A model generated the notes under the pieces. That model did not search any database, had not been told where the DNA came from, and worked only from the letters and a program-made list of their open reading frames with translations. Shown in pieces: positions 1 through 14,789 of a stretch of 64,000 nucleotides of DNA (its first letter is position 1; each line of letters begins with the position of its first letter). Source of the stretch: Camelus dromedarius (lineage: Eukaryota); contig NC_087436.1 in assembly GCF_036321535.1 (NCBI RefSeq), forward strand, positions 90,398,001 through 90,462,000, in the 5' to 3' direction. The translations under genes were made by a program, and so were the position numbers.

Positions 1-107
1 TCTCAGGATCTTTAGCTTTATCACATCCCTTGCCAAAAGACATTCACCTCTTTGCCCCATAAGGTAATATTTACAGATTCATGGGATTAGAATGTGAACA
101 TCTTTGG
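1..107 (-). mobile_element. MaLR (MLT1-type) LTR end
   Basis: ...gggattagaatgtgaacatctttgg is the reverse of the MLT1 LTR start. Confidence 0.65.
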
Positions 108-109
108 AG

Positions 110-190
110 CTTGTGTGAACCTGGACAAGCAAATTTAACTTTTCATGATCTTAATTCCCTTATCACAAAAATGAAGGCATTAATAGCTCT
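110..190. mobile_element. MIR core fragment
   Basis: tgtgtgaacctggacaagcaaatttaact...ttccttatcacaaaaatgaagg. Confidence 0.5.
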
Positions 191-199
191 GATGTTTTG

Positions 200-668
200 A
201 GCATGTGACTAGGTATGACTAGAAGGGACTTCACCTCTGTTGTATTCTATCCAGTAATCCATAACATTTATTTAATGGTGTGAAAGCAGTCACAAAATCT
301 CAAATGGGCAGCATTCTACAGGATACCTGCCTGGTACTCCTGAAGACTCCCACATTCACAAAAAGCAAGGTAACAATTGGAAACTCAGTGGAGACTGAGA
401 AGATGTGATGAGTAATTACAATGCAGTGTCCTGGACTATTCCTAGAACAGAAATAAGACATCAAGGGAAAAAGCTACAAAAATCAAGATAAAATTTAGAA
501 TGCAGAATGCAGTTAAAAGTAATACCACTAACGTCAGTTACTTAGTTTTAACTATGGTAGTGTAAGATGTTAACAATGTGGGAAACTGGGTAAAGAATAC
601 ATGAAAATTCTCTGTACTATCTTTGGAACTTTCCTGCAATCTAAATTTATTCTAAAACAAAAAGTTAA
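200..668 (+). mobile_element. Old L1 (L1MC/ME-like) 3' end
   Basis: gggaaactgggtaaagaatacatgaaaattctctgtactatcttt...tctaaatttattctaaaacaaaaagtt. Confidence 0.7.
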
Positions 669-2429
669 TGACATTTTTTGAACAATGGTACATTCTAAAC
701 AGCAAATTACAACACTAGATATAGAACTTTTCTTTTTATTGAAATAGTGTATCGTACAGCAGCTCAGCACAACTGTTTGAGAAAAGTAAGTCTGAAAATC
801 TCGGAAATGGGCTAATTTTACCTTTGCAATTGGAGGATATATAGGTCAGCTGGACATAGAATGCTAGTTGGTAGTGATTTATTTTCAGCACTGTGCCCAA
901 TCATTTTCAAAACTGAAATTCATTTTTTTACCCCTTGTTTGTTCTCATTCCTACTACTTTTTAAATTTTCTTTTCTCTTTCTATGCCTCATTATTGTTCT
1001 GGATATTGTATTTTGCATTGAACATTTTATCTTATAACTATTACTAGTATAAATTGAAGCCTAGAATAATGGTATCTTTCTTCAGAGGATTTTTACTTGC
1101 AGCTATCAGGGTACTAGGGGCACAAGCATTCAGATCCATGACTGAGATATTTTCTGGCCAACCCAAAAGATTAAAAGCCAGAACTGTTTTCCTCTTTTTC
1201 AGGATGATCTTAGAGCATAGCATTTTGGGGTGAGGGGGCAATGAGTTTTTTGGGTACTATTGTTTGGCACCAAAACTAACTTTTATCTTTAAGGCCCAGT
1301 AGCCTTTTATTTTTAAGACCCAGTAAGACCTTTTATTTTTAGACTCAGTAGGCCTCTCAGAACTATAGATGAGTCTCTCATCCTTTGACGCACCATTTCC
1401 AGACTGGTACCCAGGTCAGGACAAAGAGGATCCTGAGAGCTCTCCTCTGGCTTTCCTGGCCCCAACTGAATCCAGGCCCTTTTTTCTTTTTTTCTCACCA
1501 TGTATGTAGGTCTTTTATCATTTGATTTGTTTGGTATTTTTTACCTTGTTTTATTGTTTTCAGTCAAGTGTCAATTCTAAAGTCTGCAGACTGTCACCAA
1601 ATCCTAGTTTTGCATGCAAAAATATTTCATTATTAAAACTATTGATAGAAAAGAAAGAAAGATATGTTCAAGTCATTAGGAGGCCAGTAAATCCTGACAC
1701 TCCAACTGGATAAAATCGGGACATGATAAAAAAAGGAGACAAATTTTACATATGAACATTAAAAAAATTCCCAATTCAAGCATTAACTAATTTAATTTAC
1801 AGTATTTTAAAAATATTTCATTGTAAATAAATGCAGAGCTTTCACCATCAGAACATTAAGTAATATAATTTCTACATCAATATATCTTCTAGGAATAATA
1901 TTTTAATAAATTAGCTAAAATTTCAAGGTGGGGGATGACAAACAAATTTTTGACTTCTTAGAAATTACTTTCCAAAAAATGTAACAATTATTCTTAAAAG
2001 AGCACTTTAAGGTGCATTTAAGTTTTAGAACCAGGTTTGTCTATCTTCTTTCATTATGAGAGGACTTGGCCAAAAACATTACAAAAATAGGTATAAACGA
2101 TATAACAAACAACTGAAAAGAAAACTCCACATACAAACTACTATTAGGATTTATTTAAAATAATTAATGAATCTTCCCCTAAATAGATTCCATTCCTCTA
2201 TACCAAAAGTGCCAAAAAGAAATGTAATGGAAAATTAGATAGCTTTCCCAGAAGCAATGATATAAATATTGTGCCTAATTTTTAATCTATTGAAAAGTTC
2301 CTCAGTCTTTGGTTAACAAAATATATACTGTTTTGATTACTATAGCTTTGTAGTACTATCTGAATTCTGTTAGGCGTACTTCTCCAGCTTCATTCTTTTT
2401 CTTCAGTATTGCTTTGTTAGTTCTTTGAG

Positions 2430-2502
<73 letters not shown>

Positions 2503-2508
2503 TATACA
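2430..2508. repeat. (TA)n(CA)n microsatellite
   Basis: Directly visible dinucleotide runs. Confidence 0.95.
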
Positions 2509-2812
2509 CAATGGAATACTCCTCAGCCATAAAAATGAATAAAAGAATGCCACTTGCAGCAACATGGATGGACCTGGAGATTGTTATATTAAGAGAAATA
2601 ATCCAGAAAGAGAAAAAAAATAGCATATGATATCACTTACATGTGGAATCTGAAAATAAAAAAGAAACACAAATGAACTTATTTACAAAACAGAAACAGG
2701 ATCACAGACATAGAAAACAAACTTATGGTTATCAGGGGGAAGAGTGGGTAGAGGGATAAATTAGGAGTTTGTGATTTGCAGATATTAACTACTATACATA
2801 AAATAGATATGA

Positions 2813-2942
2813 GGGAGGGAAAGTGTAGCTCAGTGGTAGACCACATGCTTAGCATGCACAAAGTCCTGGGTTCAATCCCCAGTACCTCAATTAAAATAAA
2901 TAAACAAATAAATAAATAAATCTAATTACTCCCCAATGAAAG
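2813..2942 (+). mobile_element. tRNA-derived SINE (camelid Vic-1-like) nested in L1
   Basis: A box tagctcagtggtag, B box ggttcaatccc, A-rich tail, TSD aaaatagata on both sides. Confidence 0.85.
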
Positions 2943-4904
2943 AAAATAGATAAACAAGTTTCTATTGTATAGCAGAGGGAAGTATATTCAATACTTTGTA
3001 ATAACCAATAATGAAAAAGAATATGAAAAGGAATATATATATAACAGAATCACTATTCTATATACCAGAAAATAACACAACGTTGTAAACTGACTGTACT
3101 TCAATTAAAAAAGAAAAAAAAAATAGGCAAGGAAATGTTAAATATGATGGTCAAGGACAAAGTCACCCAGCAAGCAGAGGAACTGTACAAAAACCAAAAT
3201 TTCCATTCCTTCACTAATCTGACATCATATAACATCCTCATTTTAGTATTTTTAGACATGACAATCATCATCCTGCTATACAGGGTGCTTCCTCAGTATG
3301 ATCACCATAATTTGAAAAGCAACTGTACTCTCAAGTCCAGTGTAATGTGGGTCCTCATGGAGAGTCCAACAGGTAGCAAAAAAAGACCCATCAGTCATAA
3401 CCATCAGCATTTAATCTCTGAATTCATGTCCCTATGTGCAAAATTCTTTCCATGTTATTAAAATAAACATTTTCTATATTCTCAAAGTGAACTTTTAAGG
3501 AATAAAGGACCAATAATAAACTACCACTACCAAACAATAATAAAGAAAACCAAACCACCTCAGCTTCAAGTCTGTGGGGAAGAAGGCAAGTGTAAGATGA
3601 AATATTCCAAAATATCATGTTTATTTAAGTGTATGTAGTGAAAAAGCAAAAAAATATAAAACACTAGTCAAATTATTTCTATGTAATACAAGATGTTTAT
3701 TCTTTCCATTAACAACAAAGTTGTTCAGTGGTGTCAATAGGTTGTAGGAAAGACTACATTAAAATGAAAATCATGATTATCGAAGTAAAAACCACATTGT
3801 GAGTAATGAGTAGAGCTGACACTGCAGAAATTCCAATTAGAAATTCACAGACTCACTTGAAAAACATCCTCAAAACACAAAAGAATAAAGTAGAGAAATG
3901 CAATTGAAAAAAGAAAATAAAAATGGTAAGATGGCCAGCTCTTGGAGACTCAACATAAATAGAATAGATATTCACACAAGTCAGAAAGTATCCCAAGTGA
4001 ATGATGCAATAATCAAGGGTACACATCTAGGGAAAATTTTATAAATTAAGAGGGATGATTATCCTACTTCATGTAGATTTTGTGAAAAAATAGATTCATA
4101 CTCAAATAGTTATTTTAATAAAACAAGTATTCAGAAAATATCAAAGAAATATTGCAAAGGAAGTATACCAGCTTTTCCTCCTTACTTCTCTTCAATAATT
4201 TGCTCAAAATAAATAGAAAAATTGAAAAAAATTCTTTTTAGATAAGTTTCTATATCTGTGTTAAGACTCTAGGGTAAAGATATTTTGAATTTTAATTATT
4301 TCAAATATTATAAAATAATCATTCATAAATTGTATAGACTATGATCTAGAATACACAAAAAATATAATTGAACCCAATTCATTTAAATAAAATAGCCAAA
4401 CTAATCATGACACATAATCAGAAAAATTGTAGGAAAGGTAAATATATAGATAAATTTCACTTATGAATAAAGGGAAAAACTAATATAATAGAAAAAGAAA
4501 TAGGATTCATTAAATAATTAAATATTCATTAAATAATAATTAAATTAATATATTAAAAATTAAAGTCACCATGATGAAAAAGTTTTTATAGAAATTTTAT
4601 TAATAGAATGTATAACATTATATCAAATTTTAAAAATTCAAACATATGTGACATAATTGATAATTCCTTCCTTAGAAAGTAATTTAATAAGTATAAATAA
4701 AATATTTTATATGTGATAAAGAAAATATTAAATTTAATAAACATCAAATTAGTGGTAGGTATCTAAAAAAACTGGACGTGTAAATGTATATCCCTATGTA
4801 TATATTTATTTCAGGAAGTTTTAAATAAAGAATAGAAGAATAAGTTAAAACACTTGGAAAAGGAGGCAATAATTTTACTCATGTAAGAGATGAATTTTGA
4901 TTCA

Positions 4905-6612
4905 CTTGAGTTTTAAGGACATATACTGGCTAAAAGTAAAGGGGTCAAAAAAAAAATTCATGCAAATGATGACCAAAAGAGAGCAGCAGTAGGTACACTT
5001 CTATCAAAGCAGACATTAAGCCAAAAACAAGACAAAGGTCATTTTATAATGTTAAAGGTTTCAATTAATCTAGAGAACATAACAGTTATAAATATATATA
5101 CATCCAACATGGAAGCAGCTAATATATAAAGCAAATATTAACAGAAATAAAGGCAAAATAGATAACAATACAATAATAGGAAACATACATACTCCACTTC
5201 CAAATTGGGTAGATTATCCAGACAGAAAATTAATAGGGAAATAGTGGACCTGAACAACATTATAGACCAAATACACCTAAGAGATAGGTCCATCCAACCT
5301 AGCAGAGTACACATTCTTTTCAAGCACACATGGAATATTCTCTAAGACAGATCATATGTTAGACCATAAAACAAGTCTTAACAGATTTAGTAAGATTGAA
5401 ATTATAGGAAATATCTTTTCTGAACACAATGATATGAAACTAGAAATCGACAACAGGAGTTAAAAAATAAATCATAAAAGAAGTTTAGAATAATACCTTG
5501 AAACAAATGATAATGGAAACAACATACCAGAGTTATGGGATGCAGCAAAAGCAGTTCTAAGAGGGAAGTTTACAGTGATAAATAACTGCATTAAAAAAAA
5601 TTGTATAACCTAAATTTACACTTCAAAGAACTAAGATCAAAAGAATAAGAGAAGCCCAAATTTAGAAGGAACATTAGAGCAGAAATAATTGAGATAGAGC
5701 ACTTAAAAACAATATAAAAAATAAATGAAACTAAGATTTAGTCTTTTGAAGCAAAATTGAAAAACCCTTAGCTAGACTAACTAGAGAGAAGCTTCAAATA
5801 AAGAAAATCATAAATAAAATAGGAGACATTACAACTTACACCACAGAAATACAAAGGATTATAAAAGACTACAATGAACAATGACGTACCAATAATTGGA
5901 TAACCTAGAAGAAATGGATAAATTCCAGAAACATACAACCTACCAAGACTGAATCAGGAATAATTAGAAAATCTGAGTGACCAATAATGAGTAATGAGAT
6001 TGAATCAGTAATCAAAAACCTCTCAACAAAGAAAAGCCTGAAGTCAGATGGCTTTAAGGGTGAAATCTACCGAACGTTTAAAGAAGAATTAATGCCATTT
6101 CTTCTCAAAATCTTCCAAATAATTGAAGAGGAAGGAATACTTTCAAATTAATGTTACAAGACCAGCATCACTTTCATATCAAAGTCAGATAAGGACTCCA
6201 AAAGAACAGAAAATTACAAATCAATATCCCTGATGACCCTGGTGCAAAAATTCCCCCCCAAATATGAGAAACTCAAAATCACATTGATTGACCATACACT
6301 ATGACCAAACAGGTTTTTTCCCTTGGATGCAAGGATGATTCAACATATCCAAATCAATAAATGTAATACACAACATTAAAAAAATTAAGGATAAAATTCA
6401 TATGATCCTCTCAATAGATATAGAGAAAGCATTTGACAAATTCCGTATCTATTCATGATAAAAACTCTCAACAAACTGGGTATAGACGGAACATACCTAA
6501 ACATAATAAAGGCCATATATGACAAGGCCATGGCTAATATCATTCCCAATGGCAAAAAGCTGAAAGTTTTTCCTCGAAGATCAAGAACAGGACAGTAATG
6601 CCCATACTTGGC
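4905..6612 (+). mobile_element. L1 ORF2 fragment (endonuclease to RT), decayed
   Basis: Typical ORF2 DNA: aacctagaagaaatggataaattcc, gatgcaaggatgattcaacatatccaaatcaataaatgt, gagaaagcatttgacaaattc. Confidence 0.92.
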
Positions 6613-8136
6613 ATATAGTTTTAACTATTAATTACTAATTTAACTATTAATTAATGTACTAATTTTGGGACCTCTGTAAGGCAAGCTGCCCTTCCTCTCC
6701 TTCTTCCCTGTGTATTACAATCATGTTGGATATTTTTGATATTTTGCTCTTGTATATAAATGCATATATTTTTAAATTATCTTGTCAAATTCCACAGATA
6801 TTGTAATTGAAAACTAGATGGGAGTTGTATTGATTCTTTAAAACTATTAAGAAAGCACTGATATATCATATATATTTTAATATATTAATATTAAATATAT
6901 TGACTTTAATATACTGACTAGTTGTCAATGAAACTTTTAATCTCTTTTCACTTAGGGCTTTTAAATAGTTTTTCAATAAAAATTAATTATTTATTTATAT
7001 ATTTATTGCACATTTATGTTAAATTTATTTTGGGAGTCCTTATCCTACTGCACACAGTAACTTTCTTATAAAATTTTACTTTGTGGCCCTTAGTTTCTCA
7101 TGAATAGAAATTAAATGATTTTTGAATCTTTACATTCAGCAAAATGCATAAGCCATTACTTAATTCTAAAATTTATTTTAGATTATGTGTGTATTCTAAG
7201 TGCATAAACTTATTATCTGCAAATAATTATTGTATAATTTTCCTCAATGAATTTGAAATCAAATTGTTTGAATTTTTTCTACATTTATGGAGATATAATA
7301 TCCATGTGTTCTTAAACATTTACCATGTTTGTTTGTCTGTTTGCTAGATATGTGCAAAGCATATATCTAGCACAAAGCAACCTAGCCATTATATATTCCA
7401 GCTATATTATCTCATACTAAGTTGTAGTATTTTGACTAATGGTTTGCTTGGGTATATGACATCTGTATTATGGGTGAGATTTACCTCTAGATCCCTGTTG
7501 AAATAATGTATCTAAAAATATGCTTTAAAGTTAGAATAAATAAAATTTCTTATTATTGAAGCAATCATAGTTACATAAATAGGACAGATTTAAGTATTTT
7601 CAGTAGAATCTAGTATGTGTGAAAATGCCTTTCATGCTTATGGAGAATTAACAAAATTAGTGGAACAATACAATTCACTAAATTGTTATTTATTCTGTGT
7701 AATTTTAGGGAAAGTGTTTTAAACATAAAAATTACACAGTGGATCTAATCTCAAACCAAAATTAATTGTGTAGAGTAAAACAAAAATGTAAGTAAAACTG
7801 TATATATAAGAAGGAAATAGTATAAATGTTTACCTTATCTTTTGGGGGAGGAGAAGGACAATGAGCTTGGTTCAACTAGTTCTGCACAATTCATGTATTA
7901 AACAACTAGTACCATACTATGTAAAGAGTTCAATATAATTATCTTCAACCTATTGTGATCAGGCCATAACATGTGCCCTGATACACCCATCTACATGCCT
8001 GTCTCTTTCAAAGGACAGGTAAAAATCTAATTTTTACAGTAATGAGTGTTTACAAATCTGCTTCTTGAGGATAGGCTATATTGAGTAATTATTTTTCCCT
8101 TCAAGATTGCCAGAAAGCAAAAAGAAGAGAATTATT

Positions 8137-8143
8137 ATGATGG

Positions 8144-8174
<31 letters not shown>
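8137..8174. repeat. (GAT)n microsatellite
   Basis: Directly visible. Confidence 0.9.
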
Positions 8175-11100
8175 ATTTTTATTGAGAGAAATAAAAGTTC
8201 AAAAATGTATGTATTATCTGTAAGAAATGGAATCGAACCCTAAGCAAAAATAAAATAAGCAGTTAAATAAAGGGTTATTATGTTCAGAAAATAAGTAACC
8301 TTTGCTCATCTCCTTCATCGCAGATGCTACTAAATCCTGTTTAATACACTTAACAGTGTCCAATATTCATAAGCCTCTGCAGGCTGATGATTTGTTTCTT
8401 TTATAAGTTTGGTAAAATCATCATTCTCTATCAATACAAACACCGTGAATTTCCAACTCAGTTATTTTCTGCCTGATGAAATACTTGCTTTTTTTTTCTT
8501 TTTCATTTGTATCATATGTCTCCTGATCACATATATCTAAATTTCTTCATTTAAAAATCTTTCCAGTCTGCAGTAAATTGTAATAAGCTTAGGATTATAT
8601 TTAGTAAATATTATTTCTTTTATCTTCTATCTATGTTTTTATATATCTTTCCATTATGGTAATTAGAAAAATATAGCCAATGCCTGATAAAAATATTTGC
8701 TTCAAAAATGTTATTAATTCTTACTGTTTCTAAAAAATAGTTTGAACTTTAAATTATCCTCTTCATGACCTCTTTATCATTCATGTTTGTGAATGTTATT
8801 GATATCTATAAAAATTAATTCATATCAGAATTATTTCCCACAACTACATTTTGTCTTAAAAATCTACTTTGCTACACAATTTAGCTTTACTCTCAACTAA
8901 AAATATGTGAAAATAATCCTTTATTTTCTTTTATGATTAGTTTTCTCTAACTCTCTATCCATAAGTGAAAATAACACTCAAGGACAGAATTAAAAACAAT
9001 GAAAATAATGGGTAATCAACAAAAACAGAATCCACAAAGTTTAAAAACGTCTTAAAGAAGAAGCAGACTAACACATTAAATGAAATTTCACCAAGATTTA
9101 TTTGAATTAGATTTAAAATATTATCAACGCCATCAGGAGATGCCTAATGAAGCCTTTAACAAGGATTTAACCTTCACGAGTAGGAGTGAGTCATTAACTT
9201 CAAGGTTCCTCAAGAATAGAAAAATTATACTTTTATAATGTCAAGCAACAAGTTGACAAAATTTATCTGTTTCTTTTATTTAAAAAATAATATATGGCAT
9301 TGAACATGATGTTATGATCCATATTTATGCATATTAAAAGATGTCATTTTAGCTATATTTCCACTAGAACTGTTAATGGAAAATCACATGGGCATCTGGC
9401 ACTGGAGGGAGATATGGTACAGGCTGTGCTGCCCTCCTAACAAAAAATGCTTTGAAATAGAAAGAAGGTATGTTTCTTTTTTTCCAGCCACTGTTTCAGT
9501 ATATTCTTCCTGAACATTCAACTTTTCTAACTTCCACATTATCAGAATAATTTTAAAAAATGTGATTTTTTTGGTTCTTCATAAAAAAATCAATACGGAA
9601 TATTGATGCAGAACAGGAATAAAATGTACATACTGTTTTGAAGTGCAATTCTCAGCAGTACTAATATGTTAACTTAAAGAAAAATTAAGTCATAGCTGGA
9701 TGTATGTTTATCTTTGTGTCCAACTCTGGAAAATATGAGTACAAAACTTCTAAATTTTCTATAATTTGGTTTGTATCTTGTATACTTTACCCTTGAGAGA
9801 TCATGTATTTTCCTAATTTTTCCCTTCTGGGTCAATATGGCTTAGAATGCAAGAAAACCAGAGAACACTTCAAAACAATCTGTTTCTGAGTGTTTTAGAC
9901 AAAGCTTCTCAGAAATCTATGTGTGTTTAAGAGGCAGAAGTTACAGCACTGCAATCACAGCCATTGGAGAGCAAGGTGCCTTCCACTCTGCTAGACCACT
10001 GCATGCCTCTCCATTGTTTTAAGAGTAACTCAATACTAATATTCTTCTTTCAATCCCTACTAGAATGGTACTAACCTATGAGCAACATATCTAGTAGATG
10101 AAGCCTGTTTTGTTTTTTTAATGAATACTTTTTCATGTATACATGAAAAATACTTTATATGTATATATTCATGTATAATTTTTCATATATACATGAATGA
10201 ATTATTCTTTTATTTATTTATTCTTTTAGCCAGCTCTTAATTAATTTAAAATCCATAAATTCTGATACATTTCTTCTTGAAGGAAAGATGTAATTAGTTT
10301 TTTATGGAAAATGGAATAATTTTGGTGTTTAGACATCACAGAATATGTGTTTTCCTTTAGAGGACAAGAAAAGAGATGTCAGTTTGGAGAACACATATTC
10401 TTAAAGAACACAGAGCTGTTAGTAACATTTTTGTGTTAATGCTAACAGCAGGCAGTCATCATGATGTTTTAGGAGGGTGTACTAACTAACAGCTTTTTCA
10501 TAATTAGTATCTCAACATAACTGAAATGGATGAATTCTCAGTTAAAGAGAAAGGGAGATACAAAGCAGAAAAAAATAAGGTAGAAGCAGAAAGCAAAGAT
10601 ACTGGACAATGAGTGCAGTAGGCAATTATTTTTTTTTTTTTTAAAGAAAGAATTTTTTTCTAAAAATCAATCTAAAGCATTATAGGCAGGGGGTCTCCAT
10701 CTCTCTCTGAACCAACTGTTGTCCCCTGCTGTTTCTATCAAGAAAAGAGACATTGTGATTTCCAGTGTAATTTCAAACCTTGTGATATGAGGTTGGCAGT
10801 CTGCCCCTCCAGCAAGCTAGAAGATCTCACACATGAATGAAAGGCAATTTTACCTCTGTCACAGGGTGATGTTATAAGATGCACTCTTCTCAAGAAAGGA
10901 TAATACAAAAGCTTATCTTACAAAACACTGCAAGATGCTGATTGAATCTTAACTTCAAATCATTTTATTATGTCATATCTACCATGATCACCCAGTAAAA
11001 GGGATGAATTAAGAAAAGTGTCAGGAAATTTATTAAACTTAATAAAATCATTGCTAAATAATTTTAAATAGCTGTCCATATATTGACAATAAGGATACAT

Positions 11101-12719
11101 ATTGTTTGATTATTTTACAATCAAACTGAGAAAAAGTTAATAATTAGATTCAGAATTTATGGAAATGTGATGTCTTTAGTTGTCAACACTAAAAACCAGG
11201 AGTCTAACAATTAGATAAGGCATCTGTTGGAAGACAGTCTCTAAAATCTATTTAAAAAAAAATATGGAGTATCTATCTCTATTTGTGTATTTTTTCAATA
11301 ATTGACTTGGCATGCTTTTGATATACTGATTTTTAAAATATGAGGTTACAGACAAATTATTTTTAATAATTCAAATGTATTACTCTGTACAGTCCTTCCC
11401 TCAAAGTACTGCAAAAGAATCACTTGGATTTTAAGAAATTTATATTTGTTAGAATGCTACAATACATTGAAATTTTTCTTTCATTGTGCTAATGTAGAAA
11501 GGATGCAAAATGGTACTTGCATTATGGGAAATAGATGTTTTTGAAGGAACTGGTTCTTCAACACATTTTCAGCATTGAATTATTAGCAGCTTCACTTTAC
11601 AGATGAGAACACAGAATCTTAGAAAAAACACAGACTTGTTCAAACTTAAAGGACAAATAAGTAGAACCTTAATGAATATCCTAAGTCTGACCCAATGATT
11701 TTCTAGGCTAGCATTTCCCATCAAACCATAGTTATTCAAAAATTACTGGGTCTCTAAGAATAAAATGGGCTCTGGAATCCTTTTGAAACATTGTGCTAAG
11801 GTTTAGATAAAGTGTGTCACTTCAAATTTTCTAAGCACTTTTATTATTCGTGTATTTTACGATTATCCCAAACATATTATATACTATGTGGCCCTTTTGT
11901 TTTTCTCCTTGGAGTATTCTGTCACTTCGACATTCAATAAAACACAATCTAGAAAAATGCTGAGTCTAGGCAATTCAGTGATTCATCTAAATTTTATTGA
12001 TTATTTAATATGTGCCAAGTACTTTGCCAGGCATGAGGAAATCAGTTTCATAAGGCATAGTCCTGCAAAGAATTTACAGCCTAAAATTGAACACTAAAAA
12101 CTGCAGTGTGATAAAGACAGAAATAAATTCAGAGAACTGTGCCACAGAAGAGTGGCACCTAAAACAGCCTAGGCTTAGGGAGGAATTTATGCTAGAAGGT
12201 TATGTTTAAGATAACAAACAAAGATCAAAACAAGGCCTCTATATACTACATAATAGGAATAACTAATTTATGAATATTATTACTTGGATTTTGCTTCTCA
12301 TGATAATGACTATTATACCCGAGAAATGTCCAAATTTGAACTTGCATCTTTATTCTTTCATTTTGTATAAAGTGTGAATTTCATATATATAGACACATAC
12401 ACACATATGTATTATATGTATGCATACATAATACATATATTTCTTTTTTTTCCAAAAGCAAGTAATTTACTTCTCATGGTGATACAGGCCAACATTCTAC
12501 ATTCATGTGTGAAGTGCTCTTTATATTATCTTTAGTAAAGCTACATTGTGAATGAAATGCAAATGAAATTTTACAAAAGCTCCTATTCTCTGTATCATTT
12601 GTCACCTAGAAACTCAACAACAATAAAACAGTTTAAAGTTACAAGCCAGAGATATAATGCATAACTTCTATTCATTTTCTTTATATTATAATTAATAATT
12701 CTGGTTAAGATCAACATAT

Positions 12720-14750
12720 GGTGGCTACAGTGGCATGAATAGATTTACACATCTTATCTCCCAAACAACTGAAATGCTGGACAAAATTGCCAAAACCAGC
12801 CATCTCAGAGCTCTGGAAATGAACCAGAGACAACAAATTTAGAAGAGTTTATTCATAGAAAACTCTCAAACTTTCAAGAACAGTGGTGTTCTTGCCTTGG
12901 GCTGCTTTATAAGAAATTCTACAGAAACTGTCCAGGCTGAAATAAAAGACACATGTGAATCCACATGAAGAAATTAACAGTACCTATGTAACCACATAGA
13001 CAAATACAAAACAAAGTACAAATGTACATTTATTCATAAATAATTTCTTCTATTTGATTTAAAAGTCAACGGTATAAAACAATTATTATAAAAATGCATT
13101 GATGAGATTACAATTTATCAAAATGCAATTTGTATGAAAATGACAGCCAAAAGGAGGAGAGAGAACAAAACTACACTGCGGCACCTTCTTTTTGCACTAT
13201 CAAAATTAAGTTGCTGTTATCAAACTATATTGTTTTAAATTAATACATTAACTGTAATCACCAGAAAAACCATTAAAAAACAACAAAATAGCTAAACAAC
13301 AAGCAAATTATAATGTTACACTACAAAATATTTATTCACCACACAGCAGAAAATGCTATAATGAAAAACTAGTGTTACAAAATTACCTCCTAATTTCAAA
13401 CTATACTGTAAAAGCTATAGCAGTTAAAACCATGTGTTGCTGGCTGTACATCTGTGGAATACAACTGGAAATCCAGAAATAAATCCCCATATTTATGGTC
13501 AATTGAGTTTTAACAAAGATTATTAAGACAACTTAGTGTAGTAAAATAGTCTTTTCAACAAATGGTGCTGCAAAAACTGGGTAACTGATAACTGCAACAA
13601 AAATAAATGAAAAAATTAACTTGGAATCCTCTCCCACAGAATAAATATTAATTATCTTAAAATGGATCAGAGACATACATGTAAGGATGAAAACAATAAA
13701 AGCATTAGAAGAAATCATAGGAGTAATCTTTATGGCACTGAGTTAGGCAAAGCCTTCCTAGATACAATACCATAAGGACAAGCAACCAACAGAAATAGGT
13801 AAATTGGAAATCATCAAAGTTTTTATGCTTCAAAGGGCACACTCAAGAAAGTGAAAGCACACACAATAAGAGAAAACTTTTATATAATTTATCTAATAAG
13901 GAACTGTATACAGAAAATAAAAAGAACTCCTTACAACTCTATAATAAAAAGACAACCTAATTAAAAATGGAAAAATGATTTGAAACAATTCCCCAAAGAA
14001 GATGTGTCCAATAATTACTTGCCAAAATGTTCAACATTTTTAACTATCAAGAAATGCAAATGAAAATCACAATGAAACACCACTTTACACATGCTAGAAT
14101 TGCTAAAATCAACAAGACAGACAATAGCAAGTGCTGGTGAAAATGCAGAGAATTTAGAACCTCCCAAATTGTTAATAGGATTGTATAATGATGCATTCAC
14201 TTTGGAAAACGGTATGGCAATTCCTCAAAAGGATAAATATAGAGTGGCATATAACCCAGCAACTTCACAGCTAGGTATATACCCAAGAGAAATGAAGGCA
14301 TATGTCCACATGAAAACTTGTATATTAATGTCCATGGCAGCATTATTCATAGTAGCCAAAGTTAGAAACACTTCAAATATCCATCATCTGATAAATGGAT
14401 AAAACAATTTTGACATATAATGACATTTTACTCAGCAATAAAAATGAATAAAGGCTTCATCATAGATAAATCTTGAAAACATTTTGCAAAGTGATAGAAG
14501 CCAATCACATAAGATACATGATTCCATTTATACTGAATGCTCAGAATAGGTAATCCACAGACACAGAAAGCAGATTAGTAGTTTCCAGGTGTGTCTGAGT
14601 GGAAGGAGGGGACTGTGAATGGGTAGAGAGATTTTTGGGGGGTGATAAAAACATTCCAAACTTTGGTGGTGGTGATGGTTGCACAACTCTATTCATAGAT
14701 TAAAATATGTTTGTAAATATAAATTTTATGTTATGTGAATTACATCTTGA
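12720..14750 (+). mobile_element. Old L1 (L1M-type), ORF2 C-terminus and 3'UTR with 5' fragments
   Basis: ORF 14091-14402 resembles the ORF2 end (YNPATSQLGIYPREMKAYVH). The 3'UTR includes ggtgatggttgcacaactct. Confidence 0.85.
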
Positions 14751-14789
14751 TGAACCTATGTTTAACCCCCGACCCCAACACAAACACAT

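Larger units (their letters stand above)
2325..3123 (+). mobile_element. Younger L1 3' end with inverted 5' piece and poly(A) tail
   Basis: Antisense ORF2 piece at 2325-2430, then a sense 3' end (atggaatactcctcagccataaaa, gcaacatggatggacctggaga) ending in an A-rich tail near 3106-3123. Confidence 0.8.

Noticed and set aside
2813..2890. tRNA genes (also 50486-50560)
   Set aside because: A/B boxes are followed by AT-rich tails and flanked by TSDs, so these are SINEs.
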